Below are positions 49,406 through 59,090 of a stretch of DNA of 64,000 nucleotides, piece by piece. The stretch is from Acidobacteriota bacterium (GTDB lineage: Bacteria > Acidobacteriota > UBA6911 > RPQK01 > JAJDTT01), in the NCBI GenBank assembly GCA_965209055.1, contig OZ242374.1, forward strand, positions 3,200,001-3,264,000, written 5' to 3'. The notes under the pieces are model-generated. The model ran no database searches. It saw nothing but the letters and a program-made list of their open reading frames with translations, and was not told the DNA's origin. Position numbers and translations under genes: made by a program. Within the stretch, counting starts at the first letter, position 1; each line of letters starts with the position of its first letter.

Positions 49406-50272
49406 TCAGGCGCTCCGTGAAACCAGCGTGACCTCGGTGACCTCCGGCGGACAATTCAGGCGCAATGGGGCTGTCACCCCGATCCCCACGTTGGTGTAGA
49501 GCCATCCCTGGCCGACCCGGTAGAGGCCCTGGTCGTACTTTCGCCCGTACGGTGGCAGGAAGGGGGAGCCGATGAAGGGGAAACGGACCTGGCCGCCGTG
49601 GCTGTGGCCCGAAAGCTGGAGCAGGACCCGGCCGTCGGCCAGGAAGTCGTCGGCGAAGTCCGGTTCGTGCATCAGGAGCAGGGTCGGGTCCTCGCCGTTG
49701 CGGTTCGCCAGCGCCTTCTCAAAGTCGTGGCGCCGGACCCAGCCGTCGTCCACGCCGGCCAGGTAGAGCGGTTGCCGGCCGACCGGCAGGGTCAACCCTT
49801 CGTTAATAAGCATGTGAATGCCGGAGCGGGTCAGTGCGTCGATCACCGCATCCGCGTTCTTCCAGTGGTCGTGGTTGCCCAGCACGGCGAAGACCCCGTA
49901 CTTGGCGTCCAGACGGCCCAGCGCCGGCGCCAGCTCGTAGATGGATTCGGCGGTGGAGAGGACATAGTCTCCGCCCAGCAGGGCCAGGTCGGGCCGGCAC
50001 TCGTTGGCCATCTCCACGGCGGCGTCGATGAGTTCGATCTGCGTGTGGGGGAAGAGATGGAAGTCGCTGAGCAGGACGATCCGCAGGCCGTCCAATGAAC
50101 CGGGCAGGCTTGGGAGAGGCACCTGGACCCGCTCCAGACGGAGCCGTTTGACCTCGAGTCTCGTCGCGTAGAGCCAGGTCCCGCTCAACCCGACGTAACC
50201 GGCCCCCAAGCCGATTCCCAGGGTCTTCAGTACTTTTCTGCGAGTGATCTTCATGGATTGAGGATCAATCAT
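49406..50272 (-). CDS. Metallophosphoesterase (YkuE/YaeI-like) with TAT-like N-terminus
   Basis: SDFH, GGDY, GNHD, HEPD, SGHSHGGQ. Confidence 0.9.
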   Translation of the reverse strand: MIDPQSMKITRRKVLKTLGIGLGAGYVGLSGTWLYATRLEVKRLRLERVQVPLPSLPGSLDGLRIVLLSDFHLFPHTQIELIDAAVEMANECRPDLALLGGDYVLSTAESIYELAPALGRLDAKYGVFAVLGNHDHWKNADAVIDALTRSGIHMLINEGLTLPVGRQPLYLAGVDDGWVRRHDFEKALANRNGEDPTLLLMHEPDFADDFLADGRVLLQLSGHSHGGQVRFPFIGSPFLPPYGRKYDQGLYRVGQGWLYTNVGIGVTAPLRLNCPPEVTEVTLVSRSA

Positions 50273-50282
50273 AGCACCCGTC

Positions 50283-50362
50283 CGGAGCGGCGACTTTCCT
50301 GTCGCCGATTCCTCAATCGAAGAAAGAGGAAGCATAATGGGCGGCAGGAAAGTCGCCCCTCC
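50283..50362. repeat. Inverted REP doublet
   Basis: ggagcggcgactttcctgtcgcc ... ggcggcaggaaagtcgcccctcc. Confidence 0.75.
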
Positions 50363-50470
50363 GACCCTTGCCAACAGGTTGGCGCCCGCGTAACCTCTGC
50401 CCCGAGTCGAGGCGGTCCAGCCTCGGCCGGTTTCCACGACGAGGAGAGTCCGATTCATCCGCTACTGACC

Positions 50471-52258
50471 ATGACCACGACCCCGGTGCGCGTCGACCGC
50501 TACGACGGGCTGCAGACCGTCGACTACGTGGTGGTCGCGGTCTACTTCGCGTGCGTGCTGCTGCTGGGCTACTACTTCAGCAAGCGGCAGAAATCGGCCG
50601 ACGAGTACTTCCTGGCCGGGCGCAAGATGCCCTGGTTCGTGGTGGGGCTCAGCATGTACGCCTCGCTGCTCTCCACCATCGCCTATCTCTCCGAACCGGG
50701 CGAGTTCATCAAGAACGGGATCGGGGTCTGGGGCCGGCAGATGCACGTTCCCTTCAGCGTGGCGGTGGCGGTCCTGATTCTCGTCCCCTTCTTCATGCGC
50801 AAAAGGCTGACCAGCGCCTACGAGTACCTGGAGGAGCAATACGGTCTCGGCGCTCGGCTGTTCGGCTCGACGCTTTTCCTCTGCATCCGCCTCTCCATGA
50901 TGGGGATGATCGTCTACACCGCCGCCATCGCCATGTCCAAGATGGCCGACCTGCCCTTCACCTGGGTGGTGCTGGGGGTCGGCGTCATCGCCGTCGTCTA
51001 CACGGTGCTGGGCGGCATGCGGGCCGTCATGTGGACCGACCTGGTGCAGTTCATCATCCTCTTCGGCGGCCTCCTCTTCACCATCGGCTACATCTTCGTC
51101 GACACCGGGACCGGCCCCGTCACCTGGCTCCAGGACATCCTGGCGGCGGACCATGAGCCGCAGCCCTTCTTCCGGCTCGACCCCTACGTCCGGGTCAGCG
51201 TGCTGGGGATGGCCATCTACGCCTTCGTCTGGTGGGTCTCCACCTGCGGATCGGACCAGCTCATGGTGCAGCGTTACCTGGCCACGGGATCGCTCCGCGC
51301 CGCCCGCCGTTCCATCCTGGCCAACCAGGCCGCCGACGTGAGCGTGGGCATCCTCCTGGGACTGGGCGGAATCGCCCTCTACTCCTACTACAAGGCCCAG
51401 CTTCCGGGGACGCCCGACGAGGTTTTTCCCCACTTCATCGCCCACACCCTGCCGCGGGGCCTGGCCGGCCTGGTGGTGGCCGCCCTCTTCTCCACCGCAA
51501 TGGCCGCGCTGGATTCCAGCATGCACGGAGTCGCCACCGTCCTGACCGTCGACTTCGTGGGACGCTTCCGAAAAGATCCGCTCTCGCAGAAGTCCCAGCT
51601 CCGCCTGGCCCGGTTCTTCACCCTGGGAGCCGGCATCTACGCCGTCCTCTTCTGCCTCTTCCTGAACACCATCCCCGAGGGCTCCCGGGGCAACATCTTC
51701 GATCTCACGACCCGGATCATCGCCTACGTCATCGGGACCCTGGGAGGCATGTTCGTCGCCGCCTTCCTGAAATTCCGCGCCAGCGCCGCCGCCATGGTGC
51801 TGGCGGCCTTCCTGGGTCTGGGGACCGGGTTCTACCTGTCCCTGGGACACTGGTTCCAGGACCACCCCGACGTCTTCCTCTACGTCCTGGAGGAGGGAGA
51901 GGAACCGACCCGGTGGGAGCCGATGCCCGGTACGCCCAACACCATCGGCTCCAGTCCCGGCGACAACCGCTTCGTCCTGACCGGAGAAGGAGTGGCTCCC
52001 CGGCATGCCGGGGTGGAGCGGACGCCTGAGGGCTGGTCGATTCGGGCTCTGGCCGAGGATGCGGAGATCCGGGTCAACGAAAGTTCCGGGTCGCCTGCCC
52101 TGATCGCCCCCGACGACGTGGTGACCCTGGGGTCGCGCCGGCTGCTGGTCCGGCTGAAGGCCGTTTCCTGGATGTGGCCGCTGCCGGTCTCCTTCTTCGT
52201 CACGTTGCTGGCGACTCTGATTCTGGGATGGCTCTCCGTGTTCAAACGGAGGAGCTGA
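50471..52258 (+). CDS. Sodium:solute symporter with an FHA-like domain before the last TM helix
   Basis: DEYFLAGRKMPW, GGMRAVMWTD, DQLMVQRYL; insert TIGSS...VAPRHA....W.I......I.VN......I..DD.VTLG. Confidence 0.88.
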   Translation: MTTTPVRVDRYDGLQTVDYVVVAVYFACVLLLGYYFSKRQKSADEYFLAGRKMPWFVVGLSMYASLLSTIAYLSEPGEFIKNGIGVWGRQMHVPFSVAVAVLILVPFFMRKRLTSAYEYLEEQYGLGARLFGSTLFLCIRLSMMGMIVYTAAIAMSKMADLPFTWVVLGVGVIAVVYTVLGGMRAVMWTDLVQFIILFGGLLFTIGYIFVDTGTGPVTWLQDILAADHEPQPFFRLDPYVRVSVLGMAIYAFVWWVSTCGSDQLMVQRYLATGSLRAARRSILANQAADVSVGILLGLGGIALYSYYKAQLPGTPDEVFPHFIAHTLPRGLAGLVVAALFSTAMAALDSSMHGVATVLTVDFVGRFRKDPLSQKSQLRLARFFTLGAGIYAVLFCLFLNTIPEGSRGNIFDLTTRIIAYVIGTLGGMFVAAFLKFRASAAAMVLAAFLGLGTGFYLSLGHWFQDHPDVFLYVLEEGEEPTRWEPMPGTPNTIGSSPGDNRFVLTGEGVAPRHAGVERTPEGWSIRALAEDAEIRVNESSGSPALIAPDDVVTLGSRRLLVRLKAVSWMWPLPVSFFVTLLATLILGWLSVFKRRS

Positions 52259-52285
52259 ACTGGTATTTTCCTAATAGAGGAGAGT

Positions 52286-53113
52286 ATGGACGCCCCGATC
52301 GAGCCGACCACCAGCGACGGATTGAAGAAACGTCCCCGGCGCCTGAAGCGGAAAGTCTACGAAGCGGAGCTCCGGCGGCTGCAGGCGGAGCTGACCAAGC
52401 TCCAGGACTGGGTGGCCCGGGAAGGGCTCAAGGTCGTGGTCCTGTTCGAGGGCAGGGACGCGGCCGGCAAGGGGGGCGTCATCAAGCGGATCATCCAGAC
52501 GCTGAATCCGCGTCAGGTCCGCGTGGCCGCCCTGGCCAAGCCCACCGAGCGCGAGCGGACCCAGTGGTATTTCCAGCGCTACGTGGCGCATCTCCCGGCC
52601 GCCGGCGAGATCGTTCTCTTCGACCGGAGCTGGTACAACCGGGCCGGCGTCGAGCGGGTCATGGGGTTCTGCACCGACGAGGAATACTGGGAATTCCTCT
52701 ACTCCTGCCCCCAGTTCGAGCGGATGCTGCTCCGGTCGCACCTCCACCTCATCAAGTACTGGTTCTCGGTGAGCGACGACGAGCAGGAACGCCGTTTCCA
52801 GGCCCGGATCCGCGATCCGCGCAAGCGCTGGAAACTGAGTCCCATGGATCTGGAGTCGCGGCTGCGGTGGGTGGAGTACTCCAAGGCCAAGGACGCCATG
52901 TTCGACAAGACGGACGTCCCCGACGCACCCTGGTACGTGGTCAACGCCGACGACAAGCGCCGGGCCCGCCTCAACTGCATCACCCACCTGCTGAGCCGGT
53001 TCGACTACAACCAGAAAGATCCGCCCGAGCTGGAGCTCCCGCCCCGGCAGGAGGACGGTGGTTACGTACGGCCCCCCATGGGGATCCAGCGGTTCGTTCC
53101 GGAAGTCTACTGA
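52286..53113 (+). CDS. ppk2: Polyphosphate kinase 2
   Basis: FEGRDAAGKGG, WYFQRY, FDRSWYNRAGVERVMGF, WKLSPMD. Confidence 0.95.
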   Translation: MDAPIEPTTSDGLKKRPRRLKRKVYEAELRRLQAELTKLQDWVAREGLKVVVLFEGRDAAGKGGVIKRIIQTLNPRQVRVAALAKPTERERTQWYFQRYVAHLPAAGEIVLFDRSWYNRAGVERVMGFCTDEEYWEFLYSCPQFERMLLRSHLHLIKYWFSVSDDEQERRFQARIRDPRKRWKLSPMDLESRLRWVEYSKAKDAMFDKTDVPDAPWYVVNADDKRRARLNCITHLLSRFDYNQKDPPELELPPRQEDGGYVRPPMGIQRFVPEVY

Positions 53114-53163
53114 AACCTCCGCCACCGGCGGGCGGAACTCACATCGTGGCCAACCGAACACCA

Positions 53164-54033
53164 ATGCAGTTTCCCAGAGGCAACTTCTTTCCCATCGAAG
53201 TCACGGAGACCGAGAAGGACTACGAAGTAAAGATCGCGCCCGGCGAGAAGGAGCGGGCCAAGAAGATCCCGGGCCGCCGCTGGGACCCGAAAAGGACCCG
53301 TTGGGTGTATCCGAAAACGATGGCGTGTTATCGCGCTTTGAAGAAAGAATTTGGACGCGACGCCGCGATTTTCGAGCTCGGAGAACCCACCTCGAAAAGG
53401 CTCCCTCCTCCGGTGCCCGCCGAGGCGAAACCCGGCGAAGCAACGGTGCGGAAACGTTTGGATAACCTCGACGAAGGGGTGAAGACGCTTCTGAGCATTG
53501 TGGACAGCGTCGAGAAGTCGGCTCGGAAAACGCAAAGTCTGGTCGAGGGGGCTTTCGAGACCTCTGAGTCACGAAGCGACGGTGAAATCGATCTCACCGA
53601 GCGAACGATTCTCCGGGACCTGGAAAAGATGCTCAAGGAATTGGCGTTTCAGGTGTCGGGAGATCCCTCCTTCAAGGTCTGGATGAGGGATATGGAACCC
53701 ATCATGTATCCCCGGGAGTTTGTCGAAAGCACTCATGAGGAAATCCGAAGGAACATCAGCCAGATGCTGGGAGCGGAAGGCCGGGCCAGGTCCAGTTTTC
53801 CGGAATACGTCTCCCGGCTACAGGCGGAAGGCCTGCTGCCCATGGGTTCGGTTCCGAAGGCGTCCTACGTGCTTCGCTCAATGAACGACCACAGAAACCG
53901 TATTGCGCACGCCCGCCGCGTTGAGATGTCAGACGCGGAACGCCTCACGCGCTCCATCATCTACCTTTTCAATCTGGCCCTCGTCTGGAATTACGTCGCC
54001 TCCGAGCAATTGGACGAGAGTGACATGGGCTGA
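53164..54033 (+). CDS. Hypothetical protein: N-terminal HARP/DUF5710-like module, coiled coil, C-terminal HEPN-like motif
   Basis: EKERAKKIPGRRWDPKRTRW; RNRIAH. Confidence 0.65.
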   Translation: MQFPRGNFFPIEVTETEKDYEVKIAPGEKERAKKIPGRRWDPKRTRWVYPKTMACYRALKKEFGRDAAIFELGEPTSKRLPPPVPAEAKPGEATVRKRLDNLDEGVKTLLSIVDSVEKSARKTQSLVEGAFETSESRSDGEIDLTERTILRDLEKMLKELAFQVSGDPSFKVWMRDMEPIMYPREFVESTHEEIRRNISQMLGAEGRARSSFPEYVSRLQAEGLLPMGSVPKASYVLRSMNDHRNRIAHARRVEMSDAERLTRSIIYLFNLALVWNYVASEQLDESDMG

Positions 54034-54042
54034 GCGATCCGC

Positions 54043-55905
54043 TTAATCCGGCAAAGCATAAGCCACCAACCCGTCGGACGTGACGTTGCTGAAGACGTTG
54101 CCACCGCCCGCGGCGATCACCACGTACTGCTTAGCCGTCTTCTCCCCCCAGAAGGTCATGGGCGTGGCGTGGGCATTGGCCTCCAGCAGGTCGACCCAGA
54201 GCTCCTCTCCGGATGCCGAGTCGAACGCCCGGAACCTGCTGTCGTTGGTGCCCCCGACGAAGACCAATCCTCCTGCGGTGACGATGGATCCGCCCAAGTT
54301 CGGGGTTCCGGTCTTGGGGACGCCCTTCTCCTCCAGCTGGTCAACGACGCCGAGGACACTCTTCCACACGATCTCGCCACTGTTCAGATCCACGGCGTTG
54401 AGCGTTCCCCAGGGAGGCTCCTGGCAGGGCCACTTGTTGTCCTGCCAGAACCGGCGGCCCGCGCCGCGGGCGTTCCCCAGCTCGGTGACGTTCACGTAGA
54501 GAAACCCGGTCGTGGGATCGAACGAGGCTCCGGACCAGTTGGCCCCGCCCAGGGAACCCGGCAGCATGAGGGTCGGCCCCTCCTGCCGCGGCGTGTAGAT
54601 GCCCTCGTAGTGGAGCGAGTCGAAGAGCTCCCGGCAGAATTCGTAGGACTCGGGCGTGACCCGGCTCACGTCGTCCCGGGTCAGGTTGTGCCGTACCAGC
54701 GGAGGCGGCTTGACGGTGAAGGGCTGGGTGGGCCAGTTGTATCCGCCCCCGGTCTGGGGCACGGGACGCTCCTCCACCGGGAGCACCGGCTCGCCGGTCT
54801 CCCGGTGCAACACGAAGACCATGCCCATCTTGGTGGGCTGAGCCACCGCCGGGACCTCGCGGCCGTCCTGTTCCAGGGTCACCAGCACCGGCTGGGCCGG
54901 AAGGTCATAGTCCCAGGTGTCGTGGCGGACCGCCTGGAAATACCAGACCAGCTTTCCGGTGAGGGCGTCCAGCACCACCAGGGAGTTTCCATACAGATTC
55001 TGGCCGTCGCGATCGGGGCCCAGGGGAGAGGCCGTAGGGACGAACACCCAGCCCCGCTCCGTGTCCACGCTGATGATGGACCAGGCGTTGGCGCCGGAAC
55101 GATCCTTCCAGGAGTCACCCTCCCAGGTCTCGTTCCCCGGTTCTCCCGGCCGGGGAACGGTGTGGAACTCCCAGACCAGGTCGCCCGTGAGCACGTCCCA
55201 GGCCCGGACCTTCCCGCTGGGACCCTTGCTCTCCTGGCCGGAACTGAGCCGGGACCCTGTGACCACCACGTTCTGGTAGACGGCCACCGGGGAGGTGACC
55301 GTGTAGATGCTCTTGGGCCAGCGCGTGGTCATGCCCCCGTCCAGGTCCACCCACCCGTCCTCGCCGAAATCGGGGATCAGCCGGCCCGTGTCGGCATCCA
55401 GCGCGAACAGCCGGGCGTCTCCCGTCCCCATGAGGATCCGCCGTTGGAGTTCTCCATCGACGGTCCCCTCCCAGTATGAGACCCCCCGGTGTTGGAGGTA
55501 GAAGCGGTTGTCGCCGCTGCCTTCCTGCGGATCGAACTCCCAGAGTTCCCGGCCCGTCTCCGCCTCCAGGGCGATGACCCGGTTGGATGGCGTGGACAGG
55601 TAGAGCACTCCGTCCACCACCAGAGGCGTGGTCTCCCACGGAGCCTGCATCCGGTCGGGGATGGTCCGGTGCGGGCGCTTGACCTCTCCCATGCGGTAGA
55701 TCCAGGCCACCTCCAGTTCCTGGACGTTGGTCCGGTTGATCTGGGCCAGGGCGGAGTACCTCGTCCCGCCAGGGTCCTTGCCGTGGTAACGCCAGTCGTT
55801 GTCGTCGGAAGGGTCGGGCGCCGGGACGCAGTTTGCGGCCAGCAGGAGACCCAGTAGCAGGAGGAGACGGTCTCGCGACCATGTGCCGGTCTTCATGGGG
55901 ACCAT
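54043..55905 (-). CDS. PQQ-dependent dehydrogenase (quinoprotein glucose dehydrogenase-like), lipoprotein
   Basis: W.YHGKD.GG.RYS.L.QIN..NV..L, HDTWDYDLPAQP, PPWGTL.A.DL, QYVVIAAGGG. Confidence 0.9.
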   Translation of the reverse strand: MVPMKTGTWSRDRLLLLLGLLLAANCVPAPDPSDDNDWRYHGKDPGGTRYSALAQINRTNVQELEVAWIYRMGEVKRPHRTIPDRMQAPWETTPLVVDGVLYLSTPSNRVIALEAETGRELWEFDPQEGSGDNRFYLQHRGVSYWEGTVDGELQRRILMGTGDARLFALDADTGRLIPDFGEDGWVDLDGGMTTRWPKSIYTVTSPVAVYQNVVVTGSRLSSGQESKGPSGKVRAWDVLTGDLVWEFHTVPRPGEPGNETWEGDSWKDRSGANAWSIISVDTERGWVFVPTASPLGPDRDGQNLYGNSLVVLDALTGKLVWYFQAVRHDTWDYDLPAQPVLVTLEQDGREVPAVAQPTKMGMVFVLHRETGEPVLPVEERPVPQTGGGYNWPTQPFTVKPPPLVRHNLTRDDVSRVTPESYEFCRELFDSLHYEGIYTPRQEGPTLMLPGSLGGANWSGASFDPTTGFLYVNVTELGNARGAGRRFWQDNKWPCQEPPWGTLNAVDLNSGEIVWKSVLGVVDQLEEKGVPKTGTPNLGGSIVTAGGLVFVGGTNDSRFRAFDSASGEELWVDLLEANAHATPMTFWGEKTAKQYVVIAAGGGNVFSNVTSDGLVAYALPD

Positions 55906-56101
55906 ATGATGCCACTCGGCGGCGGTGTTGTCAGCGAGTCTGCCTCCCTGTCGAATATCACTGGGACAATCCGGCGGTCGATGGAGAAGAGATTGCCGGC
56001 TCGCCCAAGATCGGTTACACCGAGAGCTTCCGCCTGCCGGGCAAGGATCGGATCGTCATCGTCGGCTCCGGAATCTACGCTACGGACAGATAGTTCCCAT
56101 T

Positions 56102-56164
56102 GGAGGGGGGGGACTGTTAGTCCCGCCGTGCTCCGCGGACGCGGGGGTTAACAACCCCCGCTCC
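56102..56164. repeat. REP doublet including an uninterrupted GGGGGTTAACAACCCCCGCTCC
   Basis: Same hairpin that is split by IS4 at 31462-32843. Confidence 0.75.
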
Positions 56165-56703
56165 TACTGCCGGACGTGGCAGACTTCGCAGCCGTTGGAG
56201 GCCTTTTGCTCCGCGTGACATTCCATGCAGAACTCCATGGACGTGGGCTTTTCCTGAACCAACACGTCCCGTGTGGCGACGGGGCCGTGACAGGCTGCGC
56301 ATTCGATCTTGGCGTCCACGGCGTGCAGCGCGTGTGAAAACCAGACGTAGTCGGGCACCCGGTAGATCCGCACCCAGGGGATCGTCTCCCCCGCTTTCGC
56401 GGCCTTGGCCAGCTTGAGGATGTCCGGGCTGTCGCTCTTGACGGCGGTGTGGCAGACCATGCACTTGGACTCGGCCGGCAGCCCGGCCGCAAACCCCGGT
56501 TCCTCGATTGCGTGGCAGAAGGAGCACCGCATCCCGGCGGCCGCATGGATCTTGTGACTGAAGGGGATGGGCTGAGGCTCCGGCGCCTTGTCGTCGGAGC
56601 GGGCCGCCCCGGACAGAACGCCCAGGACTGCAACCAGGGCCGCAATTCCCAGGCTTCGGCCCCGGGAATCCGGCTCAAGCCAGCGCAAAGGCCACGAATT
56701 CAT
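56164..56703 (-). CDS. Pentaheme cytochrome c (c3/c7-like)
   Basis: QPIPFSHKIH; CSFCH, CMVCH, CAACH, CMECH, CEVCH; W.RIYRVPDYVWFSH. Confidence 0.85.
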   Translation of the reverse strand: MNSWPLRWLEPDSRGRSLGIAALVAVLGVLSGAARSDDKAPEPQPIPFSHKIHAAAGMRCSFCHAIEEPGFAAGLPAESKCMVCHTAVKSDSPDILKLAKAAKAGETIPWVRIYRVPDYVWFSHALHAVDAKIECAACHGPVATRDVLVQEKPTSMEFCMECHAEQKASNGCEVCHVRQ

Positions 56704-58558
56704 CGCCTGAATTGGAAGCGGCCTGGCCGCCTCCGGCGGCAATGACCACATATTGCCGGCCCTCCGTCTCGTAGGTGGACGGTGTGGCGAAGCCGCCGGC
56801 GTTCAACGGGCGCTCCCAGAGCACCCGTCCGTTGCTGGAATCGTAGGCGCGGAACTTTTTGTCGAAAGATCCACCCACGAAGATCAGGCCTCCCGCAGTG
56901 GCGATGGTCCCGCCGTGCATGGGGCTCCCGGTCCCGGTGATTCCGCGGGCCTTCAGCTCCGGAATCTCTCCCGCCACCACCCGCCAAGCGAAGTCCCCCG
57001 AGTCCAGGTCGATGGCCGTCAGGTAGCCCCATGGGGGCTTGATGGCCGGGAATTTCTCCGGGTCCTGTAAAAGGGCGCGTTCCGGAAGGGCGTAGTCGAA
57101 GGGCTGGTCCTCCCGAGCAGGGGCCAGCGTGATGCGGTTGGTCCATTCGCTGGTATTCACGAAGAGCCGGTTGGCCGCCGGGTCGTGGCTGCATCCGCCC
57201 CACAGGGCCCCGCCCCGGAAACCGGGATGGATGATGGTCCCCTCCAGGCTCGGCGGAGTGTACAGATCGCCGACGCGGGATCGGTCGTAGATCTCCTTGA
57301 CGAAGGCGTGGGCTTCCTGAGAGATGTCGGTAATCTGGTCCGGCATGAACCCCTGCCGGCACAGGGGAGGGGGCTTCACGGGGAAGGGCTGGGTCGGCCA
57401 CAGCTCCTCGCCCGGAACGTCCGAGGCGGGCATGGGCCGTTCCTCCACGGGAAAGACCGGTTTCCCCGTCTCCCGATCGAAAAAGAAGATCATCCCCATC
57501 TTGGTGGGTTGGACCACCGCCTCGAAGGTCCGCCCGCCGTGGGTCATGTCGATGAGGGCCGGCTGGCACGGAAGATCGTAGTCCCAGACGTCGTGGTGGA
57601 CGGTCTGGAAGTGCCATTTCCGCTCGCCGGTGGAGGCATCGAGGGCCAGGACGCAGTTGCCGAAGAGGTTGGCCCCCTTGCGGTTGCCGCCGTAGAAGTC
57701 GAAGGCGGGCGAGCCGATGGAGGCGAAGACCCAGCCCCGCGCCGGGTCCAGGCTCATGCCGCCCCAGTTGTTGGTCCCGCCCGTGGTCTTCCACGAGTCT
57801 CCTTCCCAGGTGTCGTTTCCGAACTGGCCCGGACGGGGGGTGGTGTGGAAGATCCAGCGCCGCTTCCCGGTGGCGGCGTCGTAGCCCCGGATGTGGCCCG
57901 GCGCCTCCGGATAGGGTCCCTCCGCGCCGCCGCCTCCCGCGACGATCAGGTCCTGGTACGCCACCACCGGACTGGTCAGGTTGAAGGAGAGTCCGGTCAT
58001 GTCGTGGTCGAAGTCTTCCTTCAGGTCGATGACTCCGCCCTGGCCGAATCCGGGCGTCAGCTTCCCGGTTCCGGCGTCGATGGAATAGAGCATGTCCCGG
58101 ACCGGCATGAAGATACGGCGGTCGTCGGCACGCTCCGGGTTTTGCCAGTAGGTGACTCCCCGGTTGACCCCCGGGGACCCCCGCAGCGGCTTTCCGCCGT
58201 GGGGATCGAAACTCCAGAGTTTCCGGCCCGTGGCCGCATCCAGCGCGTGCACCTGGAGCGTGGCCGTGGAGATGTACATGCGGCCGTCCACTACGATGGG
58301 CGTGCACTCGATGGTGGTGGCCGGACGCTGCATGGCGTCCCCGGTCCGGTAGGTCCAGGCCACCTTCAACTCGGAGACGTTGGCCCGGTTGATCTGGTCC
58401 AGGGGGGAGTAGCGGCCGGCGCCCGCGTCTCCGCCGTAGTGCTGCCACTCCCGGGCGGCGGGGTCCGCGCGGTTTCCGGCCGGGGCGCAGGCGCTCCACG
58501 CGGCAGCCAGAGCCGAACTCGTTTTCAGAAAGTGACGGCGGTCGATAGGGCCCTTCAT
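56675..58558 (-). CDS. PQQ-dependent dehydrogenase with TAT signal
   Basis: RRHFLK; RYSPLDQIN; HHDVWDYDLP; KPPWG; GRQYVVIAAGGG. Confidence 0.9.
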   Translation of the reverse strand: MKGPIDRRHFLKTSSALAAAWSACAPAGNRADPAAREWQHYGGDAGAGRYSPLDQINRANVSELKVAWTYRTGDAMQRPATTIECTPIVVDGRMYISTATLQVHALDAATGRKLWSFDPHGGKPLRGSPGVNRGVTYWQNPERADDRRIFMPVRDMLYSIDAGTGKLTPGFGQGGVIDLKEDFDHDMTGLSFNLTSPVVAYQDLIVAGGGGAEGPYPEAPGHIRGYDAATGKRRWIFHTTPRPGQFGNDTWEGDSWKTTGGTNNWGGMSLDPARGWVFASIGSPAFDFYGGNRKGANLFGNCVLALDASTGERKWHFQTVHHDVWDYDLPCQPALIDMTHGGRTFEAVVQPTKMGMIFFFDRETGKPVFPVEERPMPASDVPGEELWPTQPFPVKPPPLCRQGFMPDQITDISQEAHAFVKEIYDRSRVGDLYTPPSLEGTIIHPGFRGGALWGGCSHDPAANRLFVNTSEWTNRITLAPAREDQPFDYALPERALLQDPEKFPAIKPPWGYLTAIDLDSGDFAWRVVAGEIPELKARGITGTGSPMHGGTIATAGGLIFVGGSFDKKFRAYDSSNGRVLWERPLNAGGFATPSTYETEGRQYVVIAAGGGQAASNSGDEFVAFALA

Positions 58559-58572
58559 GCCGGACGAGCGGG

Positions 58573-58971
58573 TCACTTGGCGAAGGTTCGAATGAGGTTC
58601 ACCAGTTGCCACCGCTCCTCGTCGGAGAGCTTCTTCTCGTAGCCGGGCATGGGGTCCTTGCCGTTGGTGATCTTCCAGTAAAGTCCCCCGTCGGTGACCT
58701 TGGCCATGGCTTCGGCATCGATGAACGAAGGGGGTTTTTCCTTGAGCATGCCCGCCACCGGGCCATCCGCGCCGCCGGTCTCGCCGTGGCAGAACTTGCA
58801 GTTCTCGTCGTACTGGGTCCTGGCCGTGGCCATGGCTTCGTCGGTGGCCGCGTGGGGGTTCTTCATCTTCTTGGCCTCTTCGGGCGCCTCCCAATGTTGG
58901 GCGCCGGCGGCCAGCAAGAGCAGGCAACTGCCCATCAGGCTCAAGACGAGTCGAAACGTAAATCTTCGCAT
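58573..58971 (-). CDS. Monoheme cytochrome c
   Basis: Signal peptide; CKFCHG.TG..DG; TDG.LYWKIT.G..PMP. Confidence 0.88.
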   Translation of the reverse strand: MRRFTFRLVLSLMGSCLLLLAAGAQHWEAPEEAKKMKNPHAATDEAMATARTQYDENCKFCHGETGGADGPVAGMLKEKPPSFIDAEAMAKVTDGGLYWKITNGKDPMPGYEKKLSDEERWQLVNLIRTFAK

Positions 58972-59090
58972 GGATGCTTTTCTCCGTAACTTTTCGGAAC
59001 GTACCGTGGCCAGCGTGATCCCTGTTTTGCCGGCCACGAGATTGTAACACTAAGGGTCTGCGCCGGGCCCCCTGTCGATGGCCGGTGCGG

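Noticed and set aside
56675-59050. 791-aa ORF (likewise 20815-22626 and 52174-54033)
   Set aside because: Upstream parts are GC-rich shadow frames over real genes; plausible starts are 58558, 22033 and 53164.
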